A DNA stretch of 61,713 nt, filler included, from Sphacelaria rigidula (Eukaryota): the NCBI GenBank assembly GCA_964200075.2. It is 6 parts of 6 records of this genome, joined end to end, with 100 filler letters (N's around TTAATTAATTAA, not from the genome) between each part and the next. Parts side by side here need not be neighbours in the genome. Positions count along the whole stretch, not along the records: positions 51,513 to 61,713 come from CAXNAA020006940.1; 5 more parts are not named here. One strand, given 5' to 3'. The position numbers were made by a program, and so were the translations under genes. Below, in pieces: positions 61,658-61,713 of the stretch (position 1 is its first letter; each line of letters opens with the position of its first letter). Below the pieces are notes generated by a model. The model was given only the letters and a program-made list of their open reading frames with translations, did not search any database and was not told the origin of the DNA.

Positions 61658-61713
61658 ATAACAGGGTTGCCAGAAAAGTGAGAAGGTATTTTGAAATGAG
61701 AATCCACCGCTCC

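Overview
Eukaryotic, intron-rich and transposon-rich DNA, most likely from a brown alga or related stramenopile. That assignment is an inference from the Rab2 and V-ATPase E sequences, multi-kb GT-AG introns and CCCTAA repeats. The window is not one locus. It is six ~10.2-kb pieces of decreasing length (10204, 10203, 10203, 10201, 10201, 10201 nt) joined by identical 100-nt N44-TTAATTAATTAA-N44 linkers, so adjacency across linkers means nothing. Piece 1 holds a decayed Ty3/Gypsy retrotransposon (PR-RT-RNaseH-INT) ending in a chromodomain-like segment plus an extra Tudor/SH3-like domain. A telomere-repeat-bearing MITE interrupts it, and a second LTR-like element lies on the minus strand. Piece 2 holds the first exon of a SNF1/AMPK-type kinase and exons of a PH-domain gene. 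Piece 3 holds a multi-exon gene with a cyclic-nucleotide-binding-like domain. Piece 4 holds exon 1 of V-ATPase subunit E, divergent from an ankyrin-repeat gene. Piece 5 holds a Ty1/copia relic, a LINE-like relic and a candidate orphan Cys-rich gene. Piece 6 holds exons 2-5 of Rab2. Several small repeat families recur across the independent pieces: a tRNA-derived SINE, a TTAA piggyBac-type MITE, and other MITE and foldback families. I see no prokaryote-type system (no CRISPR, no operons). The best leads are the Gypsy chromo+Tudor-like integrase tail, the telomeric-repeat MITE, the SINE family and a near-perfect intronic hairpin. All calls are by eye; no searches were run.
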